A stretch of 63,911 nt of DNA, the filler included, from Octopus bimaculoides (Eukaryota): the NCBI RefSeq assembly GCF_001194135.2. It is 8 parts of 7 records of this genome, joined end to end, with 100 filler letters (N's around TTAATTAATTAA, not from the genome) between each part and the next. Parts side by side here need not be neighbours in the genome. Positions count along the whole stretch, not along the records: positions 1 to 31,950 come from NC_068983.1; 7 more parts are not named here. One strand, given 5' to 3'. The notes beneath the pieces are model-generated. The model was given only the letters and a program-made list of their open reading frames with translations, made no database searches and was not told the origin of the DNA. The position numbers and the translations under genes are program-made. Positions 1 through 12,299 of the stretch are shown here, piece by piece. Numbering within the stretch: position 1 is the stretch's first letter; every line of letters begins with the position of its first letter.

Positions 1-199
1 GTGTGAAATGTGAAAATGGAAGTTTTTCAAACGAAGAATTCACCCCTAAATGGGGGAAATCTCGCCTAACCGACTAGCTCCGCAAGAACCTAGTCGGCTT
101 GGCTACAACAATATATAAAATTTAAAACAGATTTCAAAAGATTTCCGGGTAAAAACGGCAACAACTTACAGAGCTTCGGGAGACACGTCCATCCGCTTG

Positions 200-600
200 A
201 ATAATAATAATAATAATAATGTCATCGAAAAATACCTTAGGAATGAGAACCCAGGTTCGAAACTTCCCCAAGACACCTGATGAAGGCTTGGGGGTATATC
301 AGACGAAACGTTGTGTCAACAACAAACAAGATGAGGACAAATATGCGTCAATTGTAAATGATGTACATAATCCCGCATCTCTTAAATATAGAACTGTATT
401 ATCTGATATCCGTCAAATGTAAATAACTGTATTATCAAATATATAAACTATTTTATGAATAAATAAATAAATAAATACTTAAATATTTATCAAATATATA
501 AACTGTATTATATCAAATAAATAAACTGTATTATAAATAAACTGTATTATCAAATAACTGTATTATCAAATATCCGTCAAATGTAAATAATAAACATATT
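200..600 (+). mobile_element. 3' part of (AAT)n/hammerhead SINE-like element, followed by tandem AACTGTATTATCAAAT-type repeats
   Basis: 200-320 aligns closely with 32723-32880 (AACATCGAAAAATACCTTAGGAATGAGAACCCAGGTTC...GACACCTGATGAAGGCT). TATCCGTCAAATGTAAATAA recurs at about 407 and 571. Confidence 0.75.
272..317 (+). ncRNA. Minimal type I hammerhead ribozyme motif (stem II degenerate)
   Basis: GACAC-CTGATGA-A-GGCTTG...CAGAC-GAAA-CGTT-GTGTC. Catalytic boxes CUGAnGA and GAAA are intact; stem I GACAC/GTGTC is perfect. Confidence 0.55.
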
Positions 601-771
601 TTTTTGTTATACTTTTACTGAAAAAAAAAAATGACCGGTGAAAAATGTGATTTTATGATTTATTTTACACGTGAATTTAGTCTTTTCTATGACTTAGAAA
701 AAATTTTTCAGAAGAAAGATAAGCAAAACATGGAAAAAATTCAGAAATATGTTTTGATGTCGATGTGTCAT

Positions 772-970
772 TTATCTTTTATCTTTTACTTGTTTCAGTC
801 ATTGGACTGCGGCCGTGGTGGGGCACCGCTATGAAGAGTTTTAACAGAATGAATCGATCCCAGTACTTAATTTTTTTGTTCCATCCGTCTCTTCTTGCCG
901 AACCGCTAAGTTACAGGAACGTATGCACACATTGATTGTTAAGCAGTAGTGGGGGCCAGACGCAAAGACA
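772..970 (-). mobile_element. CORE-type tRNA SINE (family B, OR2-like), 3' half
   Basis: Reverse complement of the family tail GCATGGCCGCAGTCAAATGACTGAAACAAGTAAAAG, seen in many copies in this window. Confidence 0.7.
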
Positions 971-980
971 CGCGCGCGCA

Positions 981-1011
<31 letters not shown>

Positions 1012-1522
1012 GTACAAACACACGCACGCACACACACGCACACACACACACACACNNNNNNNNNNNNNNNNNNNNNNNNNNNNNNNNNNNNNNNNNNNNN
1101 NNNNNNNNNNNNNNNNNNNNNNNNNNNNNNNNNNNNNNNNNNNNNNNNNNNNNNNNNNNNNNNNNNNNNNNNNNNNNNNNNNNNNNNNNNNNNNNNNNNN
1201 NNNNNNNNNNNNNNNNNNNNNNNNNNNNNNNNNNNNNNNNNNNNNNNNNNNNNNNNNNNNNNNNNNNNNNNNNNNNNNNNNNNNNNNNNNNNNNNNNNNN
1301 NNNNNNNNNNNNNNNNNNNNNNNNNNNNNNNNNNNATATATATATATATATATATATATATATACTAGACTACCCATGACCCGTTGGGTCACCGGAATAC
1401 TCTGAGTTTCCAGTAACAGAGTTTTGTTTCGTGGTTTTTTTTCCTTTTCCATGTTATTTCGTATACTTTCAATGATTGTGACATCGAAATCACGCGTAAA
1501 CGGCTCCTATCCCCAGAAAAGG

Positions 1523-1641
1523 AAAGATTTGGCTGCTATTTCTTACACACCCTGCTACCACGTAACAGGCCTTTCGGGTTCTTTATCGCAAGTAGTTGTT
1601 ACGTGGTAGCAGGGTGTGCTAGAAATAGCAGCGAAATCTTT
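1523..1641. repeat. 45-bp inverted repeat (hairpin or short MITE-like palindrome)
   Basis: Arms 1523-1567 and 1597-1641 are complementary with 3 mismatches; 29-nt loop. Confidence 0.85.
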
Positions 1642-2270
1642 GAATGCGAGACACGTTGAATGCACTCGAAAAAACCTATAGCAAAAAAGAAACTATTTCA
1701 CACCGAGGTTACGAACGGGTCTTTTACGAAATATTTACCGTATTTTTAAAGTCATTTTCACTTTAGAATATTTTTTAAATATGCCAAAAAAATTTTTGTT
1801 TGAAAATAGTTTTAAAAAACATTAAAATATTGTCTGTTTAATAAAACTAAAATATAGATACTTACTGTACAAACACCTTACATTTTTGAAATCACATTCA
1901 CTTAAAAATATTTCTAAATGATTAAAATATTGTGTTTAACAAAAGCGAAAATAGAAACATTTACTATAATAAAAAGAACTCGTATTTTTTCGTTGTCAAG
2001 TCACTGTATCTATTCGAAAGATAAGAATTTCTTCCCTTTCGGGATTAAGGTTATTTTCAGAATATTTTCCTATTATGCACCATTTATACCCGAAAATCTC
2101 TAATATCTCTAAAACTACTTGTCCGGTTTACGCAAAACTTGTTTTATTTCGTTCGTATTAACATTTCAGGGTAAACTTAATTCATAGTTTTTTCCCATTA
2201 TGCGCCAGTTTGGCTGGATAACATTGCAAGCAAGCAAGCAAGATTCAAACTGACTTTTAATGTATTATAA

Positions 2271-2432
2271 ATATACGTGGAGCTTCTTTCAGTTTCCCTC
2301 TACCAAATCCACTCACAAGGCTTTGAGCGGCCCGAGGCTATAGTAGAAGATATTTATCCAAAGTGCCACGCAGTGGGACTGAACCCAGGACTGTGAGATT
2401 GGGAAGCAAACTCCTTATCACACAGCTATGCC
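2271..2432 (-). mobile_element. SINE family B, 5' half
   Basis: Reverse complement of GTTCAGTCCCACTGCGTGGCAC...CCTTGTGAGTGGATTTGGTAG...GAAACTGAAAGAAGC. Confidence 0.8.
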
Positions 2433-2624
2433 AATACATCACCAAATGATTTATGATTAAGACTAATATCTTTTCCAGCATGTGAAACTCATCATCTGAG
2501 GAAATTTTTTATAAGTCTTATTAAAATGATTTCGTTTTATAAGAGACCATCTAGCTATGTTTTCACCTTCCAATAACGACATATGAGTAAACATTTATGC
2601 GAGCATGTATACGAGCAACGTCTA

Positions 2625-3003
2625 AGAGCATGCCTGTGTGTTTAAGAAACTCACTTTGCAAACATGTAACTTCGAGTTCAGTCTCACAGCAGAACAACCT
2701 GGGCAGGTGTCTTTCTATTATAGCTCCGGGCTGACAAATGCCTTGTGAACGAACTTGATAGACGAAAACTGCATATGTCTGTGTATTAATATACGTATGT
2801 GCTGTATGTGTGTCTTTGAGATTGTACTCTCACCACTACTTGACAACTGATGTTTGTTTATGTCTTCGTAAATTAGCGGCTCGATAATAGCAAAAGATAC
2901 AATCAGTACAAGACTTTAAAAATGAGTACTGGATTCAATCTCTTCAAACCCTTCAAGGCAGTGATTCAGCATGTCCGAAGTCCAATGACTGAAACAAATA
3001 AAG
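2625..3003 (+). mobile_element. SINE family B, diverged full-length copy
   Basis: tRNA-like head, CTGGGCAGGTGTC core, TG-rich middle, AATGACTGAAACAAATAAAAG tail. Confidence 0.75.
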
Positions 3004-3019
3004 TATAGATATCCCTCGT

Positions 3020-4080
3020 GACTATGCAATAGAAACGATAAAATTCTGGTTGGAAAATTTCGCAGAAGAATTGCCCGAACATTTAAGAGGTACTTGATAT
3101 TTGAAGAATTAAGTTTTTTTTTCCTCCAAAAGACTAGTTAAGGTTTGATATTAACTATTACTGAGAAAAGTTCAGAACCACCATGTTGACCAAAATAGCC
3201 CCAACTTAGGCAAATTAAGTTACACGATATTTTAAATCACAATGTATCAAGAAGTGCTACAAAAATACGGAAACTTTCCATCTATATTTTAGATATAACT
3301 GGAAAAAATTCTAGACAATCTCGTCACTTTTGGAAATTAGATGAAGTTAAATGAAATTAAATGAATTTAAAATATTACCTAATTGAATAAATAATATTTA
3401 ATTCACAGTGGAATAGAGTCAACACTCGAACGTTACAAACCGACTTACTTGAAACAATATCTACTCTTTACTCCGTGTCACCCGAAGCGCACTAGAAAAG
3501 GTATTCCAACTAATCTAGCCAATAGAATATTCACAGTTGTGTCCGATATACGACTTCAAGAACTTAAAAATATACTCATTAACAGACATTATCTACCATC
3601 CTCAATAGATTATGGAATGCACCGAGTTGAGACAGTTGATATTTTGATACTGAAACAGGTAATGGAAAATATCATACTTAAATAAAAAAAATTCTATCAT
3701 ACATTTTTACTCATAATCCTAGAAACGACGAAGCTTAGAATATTATTTTTTTTAAATGTTCAAAATGTACCGATGCAAACACCAATTCTTGATAAAAACG
3801 ATAAAATAAAAGAGTAGTGACAAATACCAAATTACATTTAACATCAAAAGAACCAACAATTATGAAACGTGGGGGATCCAAATGTAGAGTATATTTTAAC
3901 TTATGTGTAGGATCACTTTAAACAAAGACTTTGTTTCAAATTAAAGAATGGAAACCTACGGTATGGCGGACAGAATTATATAGAACAAACAGGAATAGCA
4001 TAAGAAATGGAATGGCATTACATCGATAAGAAATTTCATCCCCCGGTTAGAGAGAAATATCTCTTAATAAACTTATAAAT
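3020..4080 (+). mobile_element. Decayed Penelope-like element (RT thumb and endonuclease region)
   Basis: PTNLANRIFTVVSD...RLQELKNILINRHY resembles Penelope RT C-terminal helices; many stops and frameshifts. Confidence 0.55.
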
Positions 4081-4149
4081 ACATGCGCTGGTAATCGATG
4101 AAAAGCCCCTGCGGTACTTCTTCCGACTCTTTACATTCTGAGTTCCAGA

Positions 4150-4300
4150 CACTTTCCGTCTACCAATTTCACTCACAAAGCATTGATTAGTCTGAAGCTA
4201 CAGTGAAAGACACGACACTTGCACACGTTGTCATGCAGTGGGATTGAACTCGAAATCACGTGGCTGCAAAGCGAGCTTCGTATCCATACAGCCAAGCCTT
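4150..4300 (-). mobile_element. SINE family B, 5' half
   Basis: ATTTCACTCACAAAGCATTG...CAGTGGGATTGAACTC...CATACAGCCAAGCC matches the family head on the minus strand. Confidence 0.7.
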
Positions 4301-4656
4301 TATATATGTATGTATGTGTGTGTGTGTGTGTAAAGAGAGAGAGAGAAGAGATGAGGTGAGAATGGGTGAGATGAGAGAGAAACACAAAGAGTTGAAAATG
4401 TCTTTTCGAAAGTATGTATAGCAATGAATTGAAAGCTAACAAGTAAACAAATAAATAAAAAGAACAGAAAATCAGTTAATAATAGAGAAAGGGGATTAAC
4501 TCCGTGTACTGTGTTTTTCGCACTCGGTTTCTAAGCCGTGTAAAGTATATCAGAAATACAAACAATTCTTTTAACATTAATACATAACTAATATACAACA
4601 ATGGCTTGCTTCAAGATGTTAATCCCTTGGGGGCTGACATGACTACTACTATTACT

Positions 4657-4704
<48 letters not shown>

Positions 4705-4939
4705 AAGACGACGACGACGACGACAAGACGAATTGTCTTCTTAGCAAGTTAATTCTTGATATTAAAAATGTAGCCTAGCTCCATTCAACTTTTCATCTTT
4801 CGGTAAGCTACGGTTTATGCGTAAAACGGAATATAATAAAAATGTGAATTATATGTTAAATGAATGAGTTACGTGCAAGATGTTGCTGAAACAGAAGTAC
4901 TTCTTTCACATACATCCATACAGAGTGATATCATTAATT

Positions 4940-5170
4940 TCAGGTGCAGGCATGGCTGTGTGGTTAAGGGACTCACTTTGGGACCGTATAGTTTCGAGAG
5001 TTCAGTCCCACTGCGCGGCACCTCGGGCAGGTGTCTTCCATTATAGCGCCGGACCAACCAATGCGTCGTGAGTGAATTTTATTAAACAGAAACTATGTGG
5101 AAACACGTTGTGTGTATGTGTGTGTGTGTGTCTGTCTGTCTGGCTGGCTGTCTGTCTGTCTGTGTCTTTG
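4940..5170 (+). mobile_element. SINE family B, 5' half
   Basis: GGCATGGCTGTGTGGTTAAG...GTTCAGTCCCACTGCGCGGCACCTCGGGCAGGTGTC. Confidence 0.8.
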
Positions 5171-5249
5171 ATGATGTCTAATAAAAAAAAAACTTCTTAG
5201 TTTTCGGCATTATTAGTACTTCGTCATTGATTTCGTGTACTGTCCACAA

Positions 5250-6380
5250 TTTTCTCAGAATTCTTCCATATGCCCACTTCTCAAAGGTTTTTAATCTGTT
5301 TCGTTAATACTTTTATTAATGTCCATATTTCGGTTCCATACATTTAAGAGGATCATTCATAATACTTTAATCAGTTTTTTGGGGTCTTTTTTTTTTTTTT
5401 TTACTAGTTTCGATATTAATATTTGTTGATGTTGCTATAATGCTTGACATATTTTTTTTCATATGACTTTCTAACGATCACAATCCTTTTGATTTCTGCT
5501 TCACATTTCCCGTTTGCTAATTGCATAAAGCTTAGCTATATAATTTTTAGAGTCTGTTCAACTTGATTCTCCTTTGTTGTAAAATGTATTTTTGCTAGTG
5601 GTTGCTTCTTGCTGATAACCATTGATTTTGTTTTCATTACATTAATTTCTGTTCCATAGAATGTTCCTTTGTCATAAACTGTAGTTACAAGCAATAGCAT
5701 AGCTGGAGTTTGTGCCACCTGAGCAACCCCAGCCCTATACAGGCTTCTATAACAGACCGTAAAGTCCAACCGCATAAAAGTGGGCAGACACACTTGATAC
5801 TTCTCCAGCTACGTGACTGATTACAAGTTTCTGTAGTTCATTTCTGTTGAAAGTTAGCAAGGTAGTTGTTGGCACTCCGTCGCTTTCGACGTCGAGGGTT
5901 CCAGTTGATCCGATCAACAGAACAGCCTGCTCGTGAAATTAACGTGCAAGTGGCTGAGCACTCCACAGACACGTTTACCTTTAACGTAGTTCTCGTGGAT
6001 ATTCAGCATGACACAGTGTGACAAGGCTGGCCCTTTGAATTACAGGCACAACAGAAAGAGGAAGTAAGAGTGAAAGAAAGTTGTGGTGAAAGAGTACAGC
6101 AGGATTCGCCACCATCCCTTGCCGGAGCCTCGTGGAGCTTTAGGTGTTTTCGCTTAATAAACACACACAACGTCCGGTTTGGGAATCGAAACCGCGATCC
6201 TATGACCGCGAGTCCGCTACCTTAACCACTAGGCCATTGCGCCTCCACAGTAAGGTAGTATCGTCTGCATATATAGACTGCTGATATTCATATCACCAAT
6301 TGACTCTTCTGGCTTGCCTTCTATAATGTTTCTCTGAAGTTTGTTTTCAGTGCATTGCTTAAATAGAAAATATACAGATT
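5250..6380 (-). mobile_element. Decayed RTE-like non-LTR reverse transcriptase fragment, interrupted by a SINE
   Basis: Minus-strand TAT GCA GAC GAT AC = YADDT at about 6258-6271; downstream INVMKTKSMVISKK. Confidence 0.7.
5867..6248 (-). mobile_element. tRNA-derived SINE family C, full length, with 8-bp target-site duplication
   Basis: Head GTGGAGGCGCAATGGCCTAGTGGTTAAGG...GGTTTCGATTCCC carries A and B boxes. Direct repeat AAGGTAGT at 5859-5866 and 6252-6259. Second copy at 22395-22705. Confidence 0.85.
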
Positions 6381-6391
6381 TTCCCGACTTT

Positions 6392-6608
6392 TACGGGAGG
6401 ATACTGACAAGTCCCTGGTTTTTAGAGTATCGCGAAAAGCCTGGTTGGAAGCCAAACCTTCTGAGTTCATTTACAAGCCTTGGAAAAACTGAACGACTGC
6501 TGCAATAAGTGTGTGAATCTGAGAGGGGAATATGTTGAATAAAATCATTAACTGATCCTCCCTATTTTCTTTTGCCCAAAGCCAGGAACTTTTCAGTACT
6601 GCCTCGTA
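6392..6608 (+). mobile_element. Mariner-type internally deleted element (MITE)
   Basis: TA-flanked TIRs CGGGAGGATACTGACAAGTCCCTGG / CCAGGAACTTTTCAGTACTGCCTCG; residual transposase C-terminus ...CNKCVNLRGEYVE-stop. Confidence 0.8.
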
Positions 6609-6859
6609 AGTTTAAATTCTGCTGGCTTTTCCCCGTTCAGTTCTTATAACTGTTGTTTACTTTCAATAGGTCTGCGTCATTATTTGGATGGAGGCTTTTA
6701 TCACACATTCGATCATCTTTACATGTTTTATTCTGTCACATACATTGGTATTGCCTATAAAGTACATATAAATATTGTTGTATTTCGGGCCGGTCATTTT
6801 TTTTTTACCAAATAAACACACGCACTGTATATTTGTTCTTCATTCGTTTATTATTGTTC

Positions 6860-7430
6860 TTTTTTTTTCTCATTTTGTTATTCTAACTCATGTCCATTGT
6901 CTGGAAGTCCTTCGTCACAATTCTGTGACCTCTTCAGCCACACTTTTCGTTTTCGTGTGTGCTCTTGCTCCACTTACTCCATTCTGTTCTTGTTAGAAGT
7001 ACACCTCTGGCCTCTTCAGCGACAGAATAGTTGTTGCTTAATAGATTGTTACTGAGTTTGATCATTTCTTCGTGGTGGGTATCACTTAAACTCACTGCTC
7101 GATGTTTTAGGCACTGAGCAATCCCTCTCTTTACATTGTATGGATGGTGGGAGTTGAAGTTGAGGTATCGTCTGGTGAAGGTCGGCTTGCGGTATACGGA
7201 TGTCCTGAATCCATACTTGGTGTGTGTTATTAATATGTCCAGGAATGCTAGCTGATTGTCTTTTTCTTTTTCCATTGTGAACAGTATGGATGGCTTCATT
7301 GAGTTCACATGATCTAACAGCACTTGGACATCTTCCTGGTAGGGACAGAGTGTGAAGGTGTCATCAACATATCGCAGCTATAGAGTTGGTTTTAGTGGTG
7401 TTAATCCTAAAGCCAAATTCTCAAAGGATA
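6860..7430 (-). mobile_element. Penelope-like RT fragment
   Basis: LRYVDDTF, LAFLDILI and TSVYRKPTFTRRYLNFNSHHP motifs. Confidence 0.85.
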
Positions 7431-7440
7431 AGGATTAACA

Positions 7441-7470
7441 CCGCGCTCTTAACCGTTACGCCATATGCCC
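7441..7470 (-). mobile_element. Truncated tRNA-like head of the hammerhead SINE family
   Basis: Reverse complement GGGCATATGGCGTAACGGTTAAGAGCGCGG matches 32648-32677 at 25/30. Confidence 0.6.
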
Positions 7471-7589
7471 GTGGGCACTTATGGAGTGAATTTTAGCGCT
7501 TATAAATCTAATATTCTCCTATCCTTCTTTAATACCAGTTCCCATATGCTGTTCATATCTACACTCGGTCTGCTTAGGAAGTTAATGTG

Positions 7590-7831
7590 TCCTAGCATAA
7601 GAGCTGTTTCTTTTAGTTTTCGTATTTTCCAGTGGTGTTCTCTGTCTTGACAACTGGTGTTGGTGTGTTTACGTCCCTGTAACTTATCAGTTCGGCAAAA
7701 TAGACTGATAGAAGAAATAGTAGGCTTGCAAAGAGTAAGTCCTGGTGTCGATTTCTTTGACCAAAAGACCCCTTTAAGGCGGTGCTCCAGCATGGCCGCA
7801 CTCAAATGACTGAAACAAGCAAACGAATAAA

Positions 7832-7835
<4 letters not shown>
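7590..7835 (+). mobile_element. SINE family B, 3' half
   Basis: GGTGTGTTTACGTCCCTGTAACTT...GGCGGTGCTCCAGCATGGCCGCACTCAAATGACTGAAAC. Confidence 0.8.
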
Positions 7836-7904
<69 letters not shown>

Positions 7905-8309
7905 ATATATGTACATATATATATATATGGCAGAGCCGATCCTGACCAGATTGAAACGCAGAAACTTAAAAGAGACGAAACTGAATACTAAGTGACATTC
8001 AGACCCGTTGCTTTACCGTTTGTGGCAGCTATTTTACCGCCCATTAATCAACGTCAGAGAAAACTCTTAAAATATCGGATCTGAAGGTTCCCGAACATCA
8101 GACAATAATATTCACTGTCTGAATTTTACTGTCGTGAACATATCCTGTAATTTTGAAATATATAAGATGAAAAACATGAAAGTTTTTACGTAGAAATAAC
8201 ATTGTCTGCCTCTTGTAGAAATGTGTGAGAAAATAAATATTCAAATATGTGCATATATTTAGGAATCTAAATTTGTTTGTTTGTATGTGTTTGTGTATGC
8301 GGGGCTGAG

Positions 8310-8649
8310 TGTAGACGTGTGCGTGTGTGTGTGCATGTGTGCATGTGTGTGTGTGTGTGTGTGTGTGCATGTGTAGTGTGTGTGTGTATTTATTTAAATG
8401 ATTCAGTTTTAATGTGAAAGTATGGGTGTCCCTTTATCTCTCTCCTCTTTACTTGTGTGTTTGTGTGTGTGTATATATTACATATATATATATTACATCT
8501 TTACATGTGTGTATATATATATATGTGTGTATATATGTATATATATATATATATGTATTTGTGTGTATGTGTGTGTGTGTGTATATATACACATATGTAT
8601 ATATGTTTAAATGCATGTATATATGTATGTATATATATATATATGTATG

Positions 8650-8714
<65 letters not shown>

Positions 8715-8876
8715 TACATATATATGTATTACATTTTTATATGTGAGTATATATATGTGTGTGTGTATATATATATGTATATATATATGTATGTATTTTG
8801 TGTATATAGGTGTGTGTGTATACGCATATGTATGTATGTTTATATGTATGTATATATGTATGTATGTTTGAGTGTA

Positions 8877-8907
<31 letters not shown>
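8310..8907. repeat. (TG)n/(TA)n compound microsatellite
   Basis: Direct inspection; source of the YI/VC ORFs. Confidence 0.95.
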
Positions 8908-9495
8908 NNNNNNNNNNNNNNNNNNNNNNNNNNNNNNNNNNNNNNNNNNNNNNNNNNNNNNNNNNNNNNNNNNNNNNNNNNNNNNNNNNNNNNNNNNNNN
9001 NNNNNNNNNNNNNNNNNNNNNNNNNNNNNNNNNNNNNNNNNNNNNNNNNNNNNNNNNNNNNNNNNNNNNNNNNNNNNNNNNNNNNNNNNNNNNNNNNNNN
9101 NNNNNNNNNNNNNNNNNNNNNNNNNNNNNNNNNNNNNNNNNNNNNNNNNNNNNNNNNNNNNNNNNNNNNNNNNNNNNNNNNNNNNNNNNNNNNNNNNNNN
9201 NNNNNNNNNNNNNNNNNNNNNNNNNNNNNNNNNNNNNNNNNNNNNNNNNNNNNNNNNNNNNNNNNNNNNNNNNNNNNNNNNNNNNNNNNNNNNNNNNNNN
9301 NNNNNNNNNNNNNNNNNNNNNNNNNNNNNNNNNNNNNNNNNNNNNNNNNNNNNNNNNNNNNNNNNNNNNNNNNNNNNNNNNNNNNNNNNNNNNNNNNNNN
9401 NNNNNNNNNNNNNNNNNNNNNNNNNNNNNNNNNNNNNNNNNNNNNNNNNNNNNNNNNNNNNNNNNNNNNNNNNNNNNNNNNNNNNNNNNNNNNNN

Positions 9496-9656
9496 CTGCT
9501 GCTGCTGCTGCTGCTGCTACTGTTAGTATTATTGTTGTTGTTGTTGTTGTTGTTGTTAATGTTGCTGTTGTTGTTGTGGTTGTTAATGTTGCTGTTGTTG
9601 TTATTATTATTGTTGTTCTTGTTATCGTCATCATCACCATTTTATTATCATTGTAG

Positions 9657-9738
<82 letters not shown>

Positions 9739-10867
9739 GTCACCATCGTTTTAACAATAGAGCAATTCTAGCGTCCACATTCAGTGTTAGCTCTTTACCG
9801 TTTCTTGCTAATACACACCAACTTTGATGTCATACATTGTCCATCGATCAATTTTCGAAGATACGATTCTTACTAACCGTTCATGATTATCTTTCTCCTC
9901 TGAGAGCGAGACTTTATTTTTCCTGTCCAGACTATATATTACACCAAAATCTGAGCAAATGCCAATTCGATATATCTATGCACAGTTTTCTTCCATTCTT
10001 TTGTACATTCTTCTAAGAAAATTAACTCCAAATTCCCACGGCTAAGTTCTTTGTAATATATGTTTGTGTGACTTCATGAATATTAGATGAAGGCTCCAAA
10101 ATATTTTGCCAAATATTTTTTTATTTTATTTTTCCGTTTCTTTTCTGTTCTTCATTTCTTTTGTTGTCTTTCGTTATTTTTTTTTCTTTTGTTGTTATTG
10201 TTTTATTTTGTGGGTGTTTTTTTTTTTTCGCTCTCATCTTCTCGTCTCACTTTTACAGTTTCTCAGCTTTTTAGGGGTGAGTTTGTTTTTTTTTAATTTT
10301 TTTTTTTTGGCATTTTTCATATGAGCTTTTATTAATTTTTGTTTTTATTTTTTTATTTTTTTATTTCTTCTTTCTTTTTTTCTTTCCTTTTCTTCTTTAT
10401 TCTTTCTCTTTCATTCTTTCTCCTTCTCTTCTTTCTTCATCGTCGTCGTCTCACCATTATCATTATCATTGTCATCATCATTATTACTATCACCATCATC
10501 AACATCATTATCATAATTGTCATCATCACCACCACCACCGACAACAACTTCTTCATCATCATCATCATCATCCTCACCTTCTTCTTCTTCTTCTTCTTCT
10601 TCTTCTTCTTCATCACCTTCTTCTTCTTCTTCTTCTTCTTCTTCTTCATCACCTTCTTCTTCTTCTTCTTCATCATGATCATCATCATCACCTTCTTCTT
10701 CTTCATCATCATCATCTTCTTCTTCTTCTTCTTCATCTTCTTCTTCTTCTTCTTCTTCTTTTTCTTCTTCTTCATCATCATCATCTTCTTCTTCTTCTTC
10801 TTCTTCATCTTCTTCTTCTTCTTCTTCTTCTTCTTCTTCATCATCATCATCTTCTTCTTCTTCTTCT

Positions 10868-10898
<31 letters not shown>

Positions 10899-11553
10899 TC
10901 TTCTTCTTCTTCTTCTTCTTCTTCTTCTTCTTCTTCTTCTTCTTCTTCTTCTTCTTCTTCTACTTCTTCTTCTCCTTCTTCTTTNNNNNNNNNNNNNNNN
11001 NNNNNNNNNNNNNNNNNNNNNNNNNNNNNNNNNNNNNNNNNNNNNNNNNNNNNNNNNNNNNNNNNNNNNNNNNNNNNNNNNNNNNNNNNNNNNNNNNNNN
11101 NNNNNNNNNNNNNNNNNNNNNNNNNNNNNNNNNNNNNNNNNNNNNNNNNNNNNNNNNNNNNNNNNNNNNNNNNNNNNNNNNNNNNNNNNNNNNNNNNNNN
11201 NNNNNNNNNNNNNNNNNNNNNNNNNNNNNNNNNNNNNNNNNNNNNNNNNNNNNNNNNNNNNNNNNNNNNNNNNNNNNNNNNNNNNNNNNNNNNNNNNNNN
11301 NNNNNNNNNNNNNNNNNNNNNNNNNNNNNNNNNNNNNNNNNNNNNNNNNNNNNNNNNNNNNNNNNNNNNNNNNNNNNNNNNNNNNNNNNNNNNNNNNNNN
11401 NNNNNNNNNNNNNNNNNNNNNNNNNNNNNNNNNNNNNNNNNNNNNNNNNNNNNNNNNNNNNNNNNNNNNNNNNNNNNNNNNNNNNNNNNNNNNNNNNNNN
11501 NNNNNNNNNNNTCATCTTCTTCTTCTTCTTCTTCTTCTTCTTCTTCTTCTTCT

Positions 11554-11584
<31 letters not shown>

Positions 11585-12266
11585 TCTTCTTCTTCTTCTT
11601 CTTCTTCTTCTTCTTCTTCTTCTTCTTCTTCTTCTTCTACTTCTTCTTCTCCTTCTTCTTTTCTTTCTTTTTCTTCTCTTTCCTCTTTCATTCGAATTGG
11701 CAAGCAATAACTTCACTTTATGACAAAAACTATCATTTTCTTTCTCTTTGTTGTAACTGTGTATAGTTATTGCTATTCCACAATAATTTTTTTTCGTTTT
11801 TGTTTTTCATCTTCCTTCGTCTGTCTGTCTGTCTTTGTTATTGTTAGTCTTAATAGAACCATCACTGTTGTTGTTGTTGTCCACGTTACTGCTGTCATTG
11901 TCGTCTTCGTCGTCATCGTCATAGTCATCGTCTTCGTCGTCATCGTCATAATCATCGTCTTCATCGTTGCTCTTGTTGTTATGAAACAAAATATGCGTTG
12001 GCAGAAACGGTGGGGTACCAGCAACGAGACACGCTACCGTAGTTTGATCTCCTTCTAGACTTACTAGAAATAGCAGCCGCATGTACTTCAAATTACCTTC
12101 TTTAAAAGAGGAAACGACACATCAGATTTCAGCCCAAGATGTCTGGGGGGGGGGGGGAAATGTGGTGGTTATGCTAGGAATGGTTTTGATCTTACGTTTG
12201 CTTAATTTGGAAGGATCTCAGGCTAAACATCAGCAACACCTACAACTACTGCTACTACTACAACTA

Positions 12267-12299
<33 letters not shown>

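Noticed and set aside
71-98. 8-bp hairpin CCGACTAG/CTAGTCGG near the window start
   Set aside because: Too short and without context; a Helitron-end interpretation could not be supported.
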